A stretch of 64,000 bases of DNA from Clostridia bacterium (GCA_017628875.1 JAGBYG010000017.1:14622-78621); one strand, 5' to 3'. Positions 47,311 through 56,645 are shown, counted from the first letter of the stretch. Translations and numbers: made by a program. The notes: generated by a model not told the origin, from the letters alone.

Positions 47311-49101
47311 TTATTTTGTTCCAACACTGCTATCTTTCCTTTTTTCTTCTTCGGTTAAAGAAGAAAAATCAACAAGGTCATGATGCATTTTTGCCAAATC
47401 ATTTCGACTGTTTTTATCGTTAGAGCCGCTAAAAATGTATCCTTCTGAACGCATATACGCATTCCAACGTTTATGCTCCAAAACCTCAATAATATGGCGT
47501 TCTTCATCGGATAGTTCTGCTTCTGCCTTGTTAGCTCCGGGAATACCACGTTCCACTCTCGCCTTCATATGTATTGCAGACGCAATAGACGATCTGTAGT
47601 TATATTCATAATTCCAAAAATCATCCTCTTTGCCCCATTTCAAGTGACGTTGCAACGCATCTTGTTCAAGTTCGGAATCAATAATTACATCCATAGCGTA
47701 GATTGCTTCTCTATCTCCAATAAAATCTATATCGTAATCTTGACCCTTGAAATTTTTAACACCCATTAAGGCATTTTTTTGTTGAGTATTATAAATAATC
47801 GCTTGTATTACAGGATGAATTTTCATTCTTTCAAAATACATTCTTAAATTCACCGCTGTTCTAATATTCGCTTCATCATTACCTAATGCAACAAGAACAT
47901 AAGTTGCATTAGTAATCTTGTGAATTTCTTTAACGAATGAAATTGACTCAACATCAAAGCCGGGATGAACTGTTATCTTATAACAAGCTTCACCGTCCAC
48001 AGCAACACCATTATACTCATCGGACATTAATTCGGGAGCTAATGCCATAAACTTTTCTTCTGCTAAAGGATCCTTGTCAAAGGCATTGATTTCCAAATTG
48101 TAACCGTCCATTTGACCAAACCAAGAAAGTGCTTTAACCATCTCGGTACCGTGACGTCCCATACCAATAACAACTGCAGAAATATCCTTTGTGCCTTCAT
48201 CGTTCTCACGAGCAGAATCAAATATGGTTTGGCCGCGCTCATAAAGAACACGGTTAATCAATGACTGAACTTCATTAATTCTGCGAACCTTAACAACACT
48301 GTCATCTGTCGAGCACAACAGCAATTCGCTTTCAACGTTTGTAGAGAAAATGTAAAGATTGGTATTCTCTCTTTGCTTATAACGTTCAATCAGCTTCAAT
48401 CCCTGATTTAAATTCTCTGTTTCATCAATTCCTATTGTGAAAAAGGAAATTGTTTTTTTAGAATAATGTCTTTTGAAATTAATAACGAGTATGTCTTCCT
48501 TAAAGCAAATAGCTCGTAGTTTTTTTGCCTCCTCAATCAATTCAAACATACTTTCTTCATTTTCGCCAAATACGTCAGTAAAAACGATTACAGCTTTTTT
48601 GCTATTAGATCTAATATTATTTGCAAGTGCAAGAGATCTGTCATTTAATTCAGAAAATACGTACACATCTTTAAAAAATGACCCGTAATATCTGATATAC
48701 GCAAATATATTTTTGAGCATAGACAATACAAAACTAAAAGTTAATATAGGTGCTATAATAAGCAATATTGCTGACCAAATTTGATAGAGCATATAAAGGT
48801 TATTGGGGCAAAAAGCCAATCCTTCTTTTATAACTCCAAATTCACAGCCACCCATAAATATTTGTATTGAATTGAAGACCGAAAGCAAAAAAGCTCTCCA
48901 TCCTGCTCCTCGAACGGATGCCACAGGCATGTAATGTATAGGTATAAACATCACCACAGCAGCAATAAGCACTGCCCCGCAAAACGCCCATAACAATTTG
49001 AACCTATGCTTTTTTGTATAATTGCTATTGTTGACAGCAATAGAAATTGCACCCATTAAAACCAAGGCACTAATCGAGATTATTAAACATATTAACCACA
49101 T
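47311..49101 (-). CDS. Polytopic membrane protein with cytoplasmic Rossmann-like domain(s) and C-terminal RyR domain
   Basis: About 5 N-terminal TM helices. VVIGMGRHGTEMV (GxGxxG). EHKRWNAYMRSEGYIFSG...DLAKMHHDLVDFSSLTEEEKRKD (RyR-like). Start moved to ATG 49101 (GGAGG RBS). Confidence 0.65.
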   Translation of the reverse strand: MWLICLIISISALVLMGAISIAVNNSNYTKKHRFKLLWAFCGAVLIAAVVMFIPIHYMPVASVRGAGWRAFLLSVFNSIQIFMGGCEFGVIKEGLAFCPNNLYMLYQIWSAILLIIAPILTFSFVLSMLKNIFAYIRYYGSFFKDVYVFSELNDRSLALANNIRSNSKKAVIVFTDVFGENEESMFELIEEAKKLRAICFKEDILVINFKRHYSKKTISFFTIGIDETENLNQGLKLIERYKQRENTNLYIFSTNVESELLLCSTDDSVVKVRRINEVQSLINRVLYERGQTIFDSARENDEGTKDISAVVIGMGRHGTEMVKALSWFGQMDGYNLEINAFDKDPLAEEKFMALAPELMSDEYNGVAVDGEACYKITVHPGFDVESISFVKEIHKITNATYVLVALGNDEANIRTAVNLRMYFERMKIHPVIQAIIYNTQQKNALMGVKNFKGQDYDIDFIGDREAIYAMDVIIDSELEQDALQRHLKWGKEDDFWNYEYNYRSSIASAIHMKARVERGIPGANKAEAELSDEERHIIEVLEHKRWNAYMRSEGYIFSGSNDKNSRNDLAKMHHDLVDFSSLTEEEKRKDSSVGTK

Positions 49102-49162
49102 AAAAATTACCTCCAATTTTCATTTTTTATTTAATATTAATTAAATAAATATATTAGTAATC

Positions 49163-49191
49163 ATTTTATCATAACAAGTGAATTTTGTCAA
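49163..49191 (-). promoter_or_regulatory. SigA-type promoter for the TM-Rossmann-RyR gene
   Basis: On the minus strand: TTGACA (49186-49191), a 17-nt spacer ending in TGa, then TAAAAT (49163-49168). Confidence 0.5.
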
Positions 49192-49316
49192 TATTTATAC
49201 AATACCAACACTTGAGAATTTACATTTTTCACCATTTGAACACATTATATCATAAAACATATTCAAAGAAGGGATGGAAAGTTACAAAAAGCACTTCTTT
49301 CTTCACTCTGCAATCA

Positions 49317-50018
49317 TTATAAGTAAAATTCTTGCATATCATCCAACCGCAACAGCGCTGGAGACAAACCTATTGCAGCACCGGTATCAACGTCAATCCA
49401 CGTGCTTGTTTTTAAAATTTTACCTTTAAATTTATCTCCATAAAAATATGTTGGTGTGTGTCCTAAAATGGTAATAAACTCAAGGGAATACTGGGTTGAT
49501 AGATTCGGACGACTCCACAATAAATCATTTTCAGAACACTCGGTTAGTTTTTTTATCTTCCCGCTTTCACTAAGACCAAGACCCGCGTGAACAAGCAAAT
49601 AGTTTTTCCCACCAACCGAAACCGTATCATATAACGGAGTTTCTTGCAAATATTCCAAAATCATTTGCCTCATTCCAGAAGTTTCCTTAGAAAGCTCCGC
49701 GATGGTTGCTTCGCCGCCATTTGCTTGCCATACATTTAGCCATCTGACCTTTCTCATATTAAAATTGTCAATTGATTCATCGGTAATTTCGTCAAACAGG
49801 AAGTCGCAGGAAAGTAACATCTGCTCGTGATTGCCGCGAATCAACTTAATGTTGGGCTCAAACATAATGTATTTAATTAATTCCACACCGTGTTCCCCAC
49901 GGTCTATGATATCGCCCAAGACAAATAAATAATCATCAGGACCAAAATTGACCTTATTTAAAAGTTCTTTGATTTTTTCAATTGATATTCCGTGCCAATC
50001 GGAAGAAACATATACCAT
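49317..50018 (-). CDS. PPP-family (lambda/PrpA-like) Ser/Thr protein phosphatase
   Basis: SSDWHG, LGDIIDRGE and RGNHE motifs. ATG 50018 lies 5 nt after AGAGG. The track ORF starts at GTG 50024. Confidence 0.85.
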   Translation of the reverse strand: MVYVSSDWHGISIEKIKELLNKVNFGPDDYLFVLGDIIDRGEHGVELIKYIMFEPNIKLIRGNHEQMLLSCDFLFDEITDESIDNFNMRKVRWLNVWQANGGEATIAELSKETSGMRQMILEYLQETPLYDTVSVGGKNYLLVHAGLGLSESGKIKKLTECSENDLLWSRPNLSTQYSLEFITILGHTPTYFYGDKFKGKILKTSTWIDVDTGAAIGLSPALLRLDDMQEFYL

Positions 50019-50142
50019 ATACACCTCTATTATTTTTGTATTTATCTCTTATATAATCGTTGCATCTTAGCAAGTGTAAATATTATATCATTGCCTTCAA
50101 ATCAAATAAAAAGGGGGGCGATATTTTCCTCAAATTGCAAAA

Positions 50143-50164
50143 AAGGGGGGCCGTAGCACCCCTT
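50143..50164 (-). terminator. Short GC hairpin + T6 downstream of the giant kinase-nuclease gene
   Basis: Minus strand AAGGGGTGCTACGGCCCCCCTTTTTT. The stem is only 4-5 bp. Confidence 0.45.
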
Positions 50165-50206
50165 AATAAATTATTTTTTCGAGAAACGATTTTAATATTA
50201 TTTGTA

Positions 50207-53200
50207 TCAGAGTTTTTCAAGCTCTTCCTTCTTTTTTTTCTGCAAAGTCATAAGCTCAGCAACAAATATTTTAACCCCTTTCATTAAAGAAAATGTTTCT
50301 TCTGTTTGCTTAAGAAAATCCCCTATAGTGCGAATTTTATTATTTGCAAGAATTTGTGTCTTACTCTGATCCAACCCCAACACCTTTATATTTTGCGCAA
50401 GATATTCTTCACGTGTCATTTTGCCCGCTGTTTGAGATGGATTTTTTGCAGGAGCAGACTCAACCTGTTTTTTCTCTTGAGGTTGGAATGTTGTTTTAGG
50501 CTGAGACTGGGGTTGAGGTGTAGCTTTAGTTGGAATATTTAGTAATCGCGCTAAAGTGATATCAATATTATCTATTTCTTTAGGATTGGAAATCGTAATC
50601 ACATCCAGCATATTACCTCTTTGACGCTGCATCTCATTGTTTGAATTATCGCTACTTTGTTGTTCAACAGTATCTGCAATTAAAACAGGCATGCAATTAG
50701 TGCTAAATTGATTTGCAAGAGATGACAATTTAAAATAATAACCCTGATCAATATTTTCAGTTGCCTTTGCCTCAACCAACAAGCCTGCAAATCCCTTAGT
50801 AATAATAATGTCAAACTCGCTCTTTACAGGGGTACCCTCCCAATTAATTTCATAGCTTGTAGCAACATCATCAAACAAACCACTCTTCAAACACTTGTGA
50901 TAAATATATATTTCAAGAATATTTCCGGCATTGGTCAATAGCTTTTTGATTCGTTTCGTTGCATAAGTAAAACTAACAAATCTATTGTCCTCCCCAGACT
51001 CAATATAATCGGTAATAAATGAGCGATTTTCAAGCCATTGTAACAATTTTTTAATGTTGTCAACTTGATTTACTTTGCCCTTCAGTTCAACGTTTTGAAC
51101 TGTAAGATAATCAAAAGAAACAACTACAGAATATGGAGTTTTAACGAACTCGATGCTTTCGGGTTGACTCAGCACATAAGGATCTGCCATAAAGCTTTTA
51201 ATCTTTGCCGAAAGTGATTTCGGTGCATAGATATTAACTTCACAGGAATCGGTTGTATAGAAAAGCACTTCAGATTCTTTGGTGAAAACACCAACGTCTA
51301 TCATTGTGGAAATAAATTTTTGAACTCCATCATAAGCAATTGCGGGCACCAAAAATCTGTACTTGATACAGGGATTGTTAGCCTTTTCAATATCTGTGTT
51401 AATCGTCATGATCTTATCTTCTGATTTGTGATAATCTTCAAGCAATCCGCACATTTTTTTCCACACAAATTCTCTCTTTCGATATGCTTCTTTCCACAAT
51501 GCCTCATAATCATTATAAAATGCCGTGGGAGATTCCAAATAACCCTTTGAGTTTTTGGATGCAAACATATCCGAAATTTTTAAATACTGATCCGTCCTAA
51601 TAAATTTCAAAAACTCACAGTTTACCGTTTCATAAAACTTTCGCGTATTTATGTCAAATCGATAGTGGGGATATTTCGAATAAACCCCGGCGCCCAGAAG
51701 AATACCGGAAAGATAAGTATCATTTTGTTCTGCTGCATCAAATCGAAGTTTGGTATTAATTACATCATAAACACATTGTGCAACGCAAGAATTATTTTGA
51801 TATTCTTTGATGATAATCTTTTTAATTCTGGAATCCAGTCTAAAAAGCTCGGTTTTCATTTGTTCAACGGCTTTGCGGATTTTTTCGTCCTTGCAATGTG
51901 TTATAACAAAATTTATTTTTGCCGCAATGGTTTTTTCGCGCATATAACTCAAAGTGTAATACAATGCATCTTTAAACTCTTCTATTTGGCTTATTTTCTT
52001 AATATCAAACAAGTATGTAATTTGAAAAGGATTTACAACAGTTGCTGCCGCAACGTTTTCAAATATTTTAGTATTTGCGCCACACGAGAACGGAATAAGT
52101 AAATGGATATCCCTTCTATATGTCAAAATGAACGGAATATATTTAACCAAATCCGCATCATAATTCTTATAATCCGTATAACGCATGCTCTTTAATATTA
52201 TTGCAACACGACTATCTATCAGAGTTATAAGCGCCTTGGCAGTTGATATGTCCTGTGCATTAAGAGCTTCAAGTGATTCTAATAATACTCTTTTCAGCTT
52301 ATTGTACTCTCTTGCAGAATTACTATTTCCGTTCCACAATAACGACAAACAAGAATACCATTCAGAAAATGCTATGCTTGCAGGAGCACTTTTACTCGCA
52401 ATAGTTCTAAGTTGAAGCATCGACGAATCCAACAAGATGTTCTTTTTCTTCCAACTATTAGCTGCGTTCATATAAACTTGATGAAGTCTAACCGACATTT
52501 GATCAAGATCATCAAGAGTATCCAAATCCTTTTTTTCTGCATTATCCCATTTTGACAATGTCCAAGCTGCAGTTTGAAGGGGTGCGCTAGCTGTGCTTCT
52601 TAACAAACAAATATGTCGTTTAGCTTTTTTATCATTCGGTTCTCCTGTCACACAAGATTCCAAGTCCTGATTGCATGCCCAACCGGCGCATATCTTTTCA
52701 CACACCCATCTTCTATGTTCAAGCGCTATCAATTCATTTTTAATATGATTTGAAGATGCGTTCATTTTTCTATAACACTCAGTAGCGGCATTAGTCAAAT
52801 CATCTAAAGCAATACCGAAGCTATAAAGTTTATATTTAATAGAAACCACATTCGAAAAAGATGCATTATAGTTATATTGCTCCTTAAATTTGGCGTATGA
52901 TTTTTTCAAATCAATATTTAATCCGGATTCCCAAATCAAATGTGCATTAAATGCCATTCTCTCAATGTCTTTATATAATGCTTCGGAGGCAATATCATCA
53001 CACATATATACAGGATTACCAAGAGGTTTTCTACCAAGGTGTTCTCCATCATATGCAAAATTAACTGAACATTCCCTAATGTCCTTCATAACTGAAGTAA
53101 TGGCTTTAGCAACTCCTTTATTAAGAGAATCATCACCAAGAGCAACAAAAACATAGTGTGCCTTGTTATGTTTCGATACTATTTCTAAGGCAATATCTTT

Positions 53201-54712
53201 ATTTATTTTTAATTTATCACGAACAAATTCCTTGTTTTCAAAAGAAATATATCCATATGGGTCTTTACAATAGCTTCCGTCAATGCTAAAGAAATCAACA
53301 AGAGCCGGACGTCTGGAAAGGTAAATATCTTTGTCTCGCTTGCCCTCATCACGATCATTAGACACTACGTGTACACTGAGCTTCTTACCCAAAATTTGCC
53401 CCACCTGCAAACAGCAATCCAAAAACATCTGTCCATAATTTCCAAATCCAATAATTACCACATCTAATGTTTCGCTATCAGCAGGAAGACACTCAAACAA
53501 GGGTTTTTTATACAAATGATACATAAATGTTAGATAAGAACCCACACCTAACTTTTTGTAAGCTTCCTTTTCCAAAACAACCAATTGCTTTCCGATTGGG
53601 AGGTCAGTATTAACTTCAGCAGGATAAAGATATGCCAATGCCCTTTTAAGATCATTTGCCAAATCCTCACAGCTTTGATATCTCGTCCTTTTAGACTCAG
53701 CTAAGCAGTTTTTAAGGATTGAAACAAGTTCATGTTTAAGGTACACATTTGAATTTGTCTCAGAAGCAGAAATGATTTTAGAAGAATCAATCAATTGTGT
53801 GATCTTGGTATAATACTCCTTGGAGTATCCCTCGATTTTGATTTCATCATTATCAACTAACGCAGAAAACAAGGTGCAACCTATAGAATATATGTCGCTT
53901 GTGTTATCTGCTTGTCCGTTTACAATTTCAGGTGCTCTAAAGCCCTCTGTTCCATATACCGCTGTAACAGAACTGTTTGGAGAATATATTATTGTATTAA
54001 CATCAAACAATTTAATAGAGTCTGTTAAAAGTTCTCCTTTTCTTTCTAGAACACCAAAGTTTTTTGGTTTAATATCCAAATGCAGCAATCTGTTTTCGTG
54101 TAGAATCTTTACACATTCCGTTAGAGTAAGCATTGTTTTTAAAATATTAAAAAGCTTATGCTCCGGATTTATATTGGGGTGCTTATGTACTTCGGCAATG
54201 TATTTGTCAAAAACAGTCAGCTTCTCAGAAGTTGTCCAAATATATGCAGTAGAGCCTTCAAGAATATTTCCATCAGAATCACAACCATAATAAATAGTAA
54301 AATCGGAAATAAAATTTGTAAAGTCTGAATTGTTTTTGTTCTTTTCTATGACTTTTCTAAGATTATGATACGATTCAACAAACTCTGTTCTCGCAGAAAT
54401 AAATGCTTCTTTTGTTTTTTCAGAGGCAACAATGTGATTTTGTGCATCTCTTTCGAGTGAAAATGGCATCCCCATTTTTGAACATTCAAGGGGATAAAAC
54501 TCTTTTAATCTTCCTGTTTTTCCTTCTCCAATTAAAGTGGCTTCATAGCAAACACAGGACCCGCCCTCTCCTGCAACACTATTTATTTTAAAGAAATCTC
54601 CTCCGTTATCAAGGGATCCTTCTCTGCGAAGATAAATAATCTTTCCTCTTGTAATACCAAAAGTGTTCTTGTTACACGAAATGCTTTTCACAGGTATTCT
54701 TTGATTATTCAT
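50207..54712 (-). CDS. Giant multi-domain protein: Ser/Thr kinase + Rossmann-like + RyR-like + CARF-like (tentative) + Card1/DUF1887-like PD-(D/E)xK nuclease + P/Q linker + HhH (RpoA-CTD-like)
   Basis: GEGGSCVCYEA, GRLKEF, HLDIKPKN, GTEGFRAPE; VVIIGFGNYG; LEHRRWVCEKICAGW; ILEIYIYHK...EFDIIITKGFAGLLVEAKA (K codon at 50765-50767); IKVLGLDQSKTQILANNKIRTIGDFL. ATG 54712 lies 7 nt after AAAGGA. The track ORF starts at TTG 54718. Confidence 0.8.
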   Translation of the reverse strand: MNNQRIPVKSISCNKNTFGITRGKIIYLRREGSLDNGGDFFKINSVAGEGGSCVCYEATLIGEGKTGRLKEFYPLECSKMGMPFSLERDAQNHIVASEKTKEAFISARTEFVESYHNLRKVIEKNKNNSDFTNFISDFTIYYGCDSDGNILEGSTAYIWTTSEKLTVFDKYIAEVHKHPNINPEHKLFNILKTMLTLTECVKILHENRLLHLDIKPKNFGVLERKGELLTDSIKLFDVNTIIYSPNSSVTAVYGTEGFRAPEIVNGQADNTSDIYSIGCTLFSALVDNDEIKIEGYSKEYYTKITQLIDSSKIISASETNSNVYLKHELVSILKNCLAESKRTRYQSCEDLANDLKRALAYLYPAEVNTDLPIGKQLVVLEKEAYKKLGVGSYLTFMYHLYKKPLFECLPADSETLDVVIIGFGNYGQMFLDCCLQVGQILGKKLSVHVVSNDRDEGKRDKDIYLSRRPALVDFFSIDGSYCKDPYGYISFENKEFVRDKLKINKDIALEIVSKHNKAHYVFVALGDDSLNKGVAKAITSVMKDIRECSVNFAYDGEHLGRKPLGNPVYMCDDIASEALYKDIERMAFNAHLIWESGLNIDLKKSYAKFKEQYNYNASFSNVVSIKYKLYSFGIALDDLTNAATECYRKMNASSNHIKNELIALEHRRWVCEKICAGWACNQDLESCVTGEPNDKKAKRHICLLRSTASAPLQTAAWTLSKWDNAEKKDLDTLDDLDQMSVRLHQVYMNAANSWKKKNILLDSSMLQLRTIASKSAPASIAFSEWYSCLSLLWNGNSNSAREYNKLKRVLLESLEALNAQDISTAKALITLIDSRVAIILKSMRYTDYKNYDADLVKYIPFILTYRRDIHLLIPFSCGANTKIFENVAAATVVNPFQITYLFDIKKISQIEEFKDALYYTLSYMREKTIAAKINFVITHCKDEKIRKAVEQMKTELFRLDSRIKKIIIKEYQNNSCVAQCVYDVINTKLRFDAAEQNDTYLSGILLGAGVYSKYPHYRFDINTRKFYETVNCEFLKFIRTDQYLKISDMFASKNSKGYLESPTAFYNDYEALWKEAYRKREFVWKKMCGLLEDYHKSEDKIMTINTDIEKANNPCIKYRFLVPAIAYDGVQKFISTMIDVGVFTKESEVLFYTTDSCEVNIYAPKSLSAKIKSFMADPYVLSQPESIEFVKTPYSVVVSFDYLTVQNVELKGKVNQVDNIKKLLQWLENRSFITDYIESGEDNRFVSFTYATKRIKKLLTNAGNILEIYIYHKCLKSGLFDDVATSYEINWEGTPVKSEFDIIITKGFAGLLVEAKATENIDQGYYFKLSSLANQFSTNCMPVLIADTVEQQSSDNSNNEMQRQRGNMLDVITISNPKEIDNIDITLARLLNIPTKATPQPQSQPKTTFQPQEKKQVESAPAKNPSQTAGKMTREEYLAQNIKVLGLDQSKTQILANNKIRTIGDFLKQTEETFSLMKGVKIFVAELMTLQKKKKEELEKL

Positions 54713-54764
54713 ATACAAATCCTTTCTTTAGTTGCTTTGTGATAATTTCAAAACACTGTTTCTA

Positions 54765-56465
54765 TCAACTTAAAAAATTATTAATCTTGCAATAAGCAAA
54801 AAATATCACAAACACATCATATATATTTTTAGAGCTGATTTTCTGGTACCCCGCATCTTCCAAATAAGGATTCAGGCAAGAACTCATATCATCATAAACA
54901 TCTTTAAAGCTTTTCCACACATCCTTATTATCATCCAAACCATTTTCTAAACAATAAAAGTGGTAGTATGCGGCTATCATTTTTGTTCTGGTAACTCCCA
55001 TAGTATCGGTAATACCGATAGCTTCATAAGGATTTAATCTCTTTTCAATATTTTTCATTATTAAGAGAAAATCGCTCAATTCTTTTTCTTCCAAAGCAAT
55101 AGATCTAAAATACTTTAAATCCGAACAGGGTACGTTTTGCTCAAGCTCACTAACTCTCATAATTACAATATTATTTTCGTCTGAAAACATATTATCGAAG
55201 CTTTCACCGTCTGCAACATCCTTAATTGTTCTTCGATCTATTTTGCTAAAATCAGCGTGCGCAGGCAAATACAATGCATCTCTAATCAAATCAAGAATCG
55301 CATTATATTGGGTATATGCGGAATTAATAGCAATTTGCAATTCAAACAGTCCTTTATACCCCTCTTGAAGTTCACCCGTTTTTTTATTAACATATGTGTA
55401 TCTTAAATCACAATAATAATTCTCAAGAAGATATTTTTCAAAAGCATCTTCATCCAATCCGCTTATAACAGTATCAATACGGTTTCTATACGTACCGGTT
55501 GGAATATCTTCATAAATGCTCTTTTGAGTTTCAATGTATGTATAATTACTCTTCCAAGTATTCTTAACCTTGTTGATCATAGTATAGAATCTTGATACCT
55601 TTTGAGATGCCTCAATGCCCTCCATATTTAAGTAGTAAATAAATGCTACGTCTATAAAATTTTTCGGATTTATCCCAAAACCTGAAGGTTCTTTATCAGA
55701 GTTTCCGCTCTTTCCGCCATCTTCTGAATAAATATATCTTGTCAAGTTATCACAGTAATAGTCCTCAAATAAATTCTTTTCAACATCTCTTTGCAGGATA
55801 TAATTGTGAATATTCTTCGAAGCATAATATCTCATATCATATGCAAACGCAAGTAAAAACAATAGCTCTTTTGTTGTAACCGGAGATACAAAAACACCTT
55901 TTGCCAGATTAAATGCTGCCTGTACCAAAGGAAAATAATCACATTTTTCAGCAGAATTATTAGATAAAGCTTCAAAAATAGATTCGTCAACGTCGCATAT
56001 TTCTTTTTTTGCTAATGTTTTGGAATAGTATTTTTTGTTTTCCTTAACGTTTACCGTCATCATAAAACGCCTCAATATACGCAATTGCAAAGAGCCGCTT
56101 CCCGTGGTGCTTGGATCTAACAAATCAACGATGCGTTGCATAAATTCACCGGGTTGCGGATATGTTGCATACACGTTATTTAAAACATTAACAATTCTTT
56201 GGTTTATCTCATCCGCATCAGCAGGAATATCCAAACTCAAAACTATTTTTTCATAATATGAAAGTGACTTGCCATATTCACACTTTTTTCCCGCGTCATT
56301 AAGCATTTGCACCAATTTGCCTATAACAAATGGTTGGTTACTGTTTTTTGTCTCTTTGGCAATTTTAAGCAAATACAAAAAATCCTTTTTACAATAAAGA
56401 TTAGTAAATAAGTCTTGTATGCCCAACTCGACAACATCCATTCTTTGAGTAATTGCTCCTATCAT
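54765..56465 (-). CDS. Hypothetical, predicted all-alpha protein of unknown function (566 aa)
   Basis: Start moved to ATG 56465 behind an AGGAGG RBS. I recognise no motif. It is the first gene after the promoter at 56617-56645 and lies directly upstream of the giant gene. Confidence 0.6.
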   Translation of the reverse strand: MIGAITQRMDVVELGIQDLFTNLYCKKDFLYLLKIAKETKNSNQPFVIGKLVQMLNDAGKKCEYGKSLSYYEKIVLSLDIPADADEINQRIVNVLNNVYATYPQPGEFMQRIVDLLDPSTTGSGSLQLRILRRFMMTVNVKENKKYYSKTLAKKEICDVDESIFEALSNNSAEKCDYFPLVQAAFNLAKGVFVSPVTTKELLFLLAFAYDMRYYASKNIHNYILQRDVEKNLFEDYYCDNLTRYIYSEDGGKSGNSDKEPSGFGINPKNFIDVAFIYYLNMEGIEASQKVSRFYTMINKVKNTWKSNYTYIETQKSIYEDIPTGTYRNRIDTVISGLDEDAFEKYLLENYYCDLRYTYVNKKTGELQEGYKGLFELQIAINSAYTQYNAILDLIRDALYLPAHADFSKIDRRTIKDVADGESFDNMFSDENNIVIMRVSELEQNVPCSDLKYFRSIALEEKELSDFLLIMKNIEKRLNPYEAIGITDTMGVTRTKMIAAYYHFYCLENGLDDNKDVWKSFKDVYDDMSSCLNPYLEDAGYQKISSKNIYDVFVIFFAYCKINNFLS

Positions 56466-56616
56466 TTTAGTCCTCCTTACACAAATATACAAAGCAAATA
56501 TTGTATTGTATAGTCCTTTCTAACTTTTGGTGATTAAGAGTACAATATCTTAAACAGCGAATTTCAAAAATTGCTCAAAAGCCATTCCCTATTTTTGAAA
56601 TTCAAATAACAATATT

Positions 56617-56645
56617 ATTGTATCATATATGTATATTTTTGTCAA
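56617..56645 (-). promoter_or_regulatory. SigA-type promoter for the 54765-56465 / giant gene unit
   Basis: On the minus strand: TTGACA (56640-56645), a 17-nt spacer ending in TGa, then TACAAT (56617-56622). Confidence 0.55.

Noticed and set aside
50111-50155. Two direct copies of AAAAAGGGGGGC, 32 nt apart, downstream of the giant gene.
   Set aside because: The second copy is part of the small terminator hairpin. Two copies of a short G-run motif are insufficient to call a repeat element or a regulatory site.
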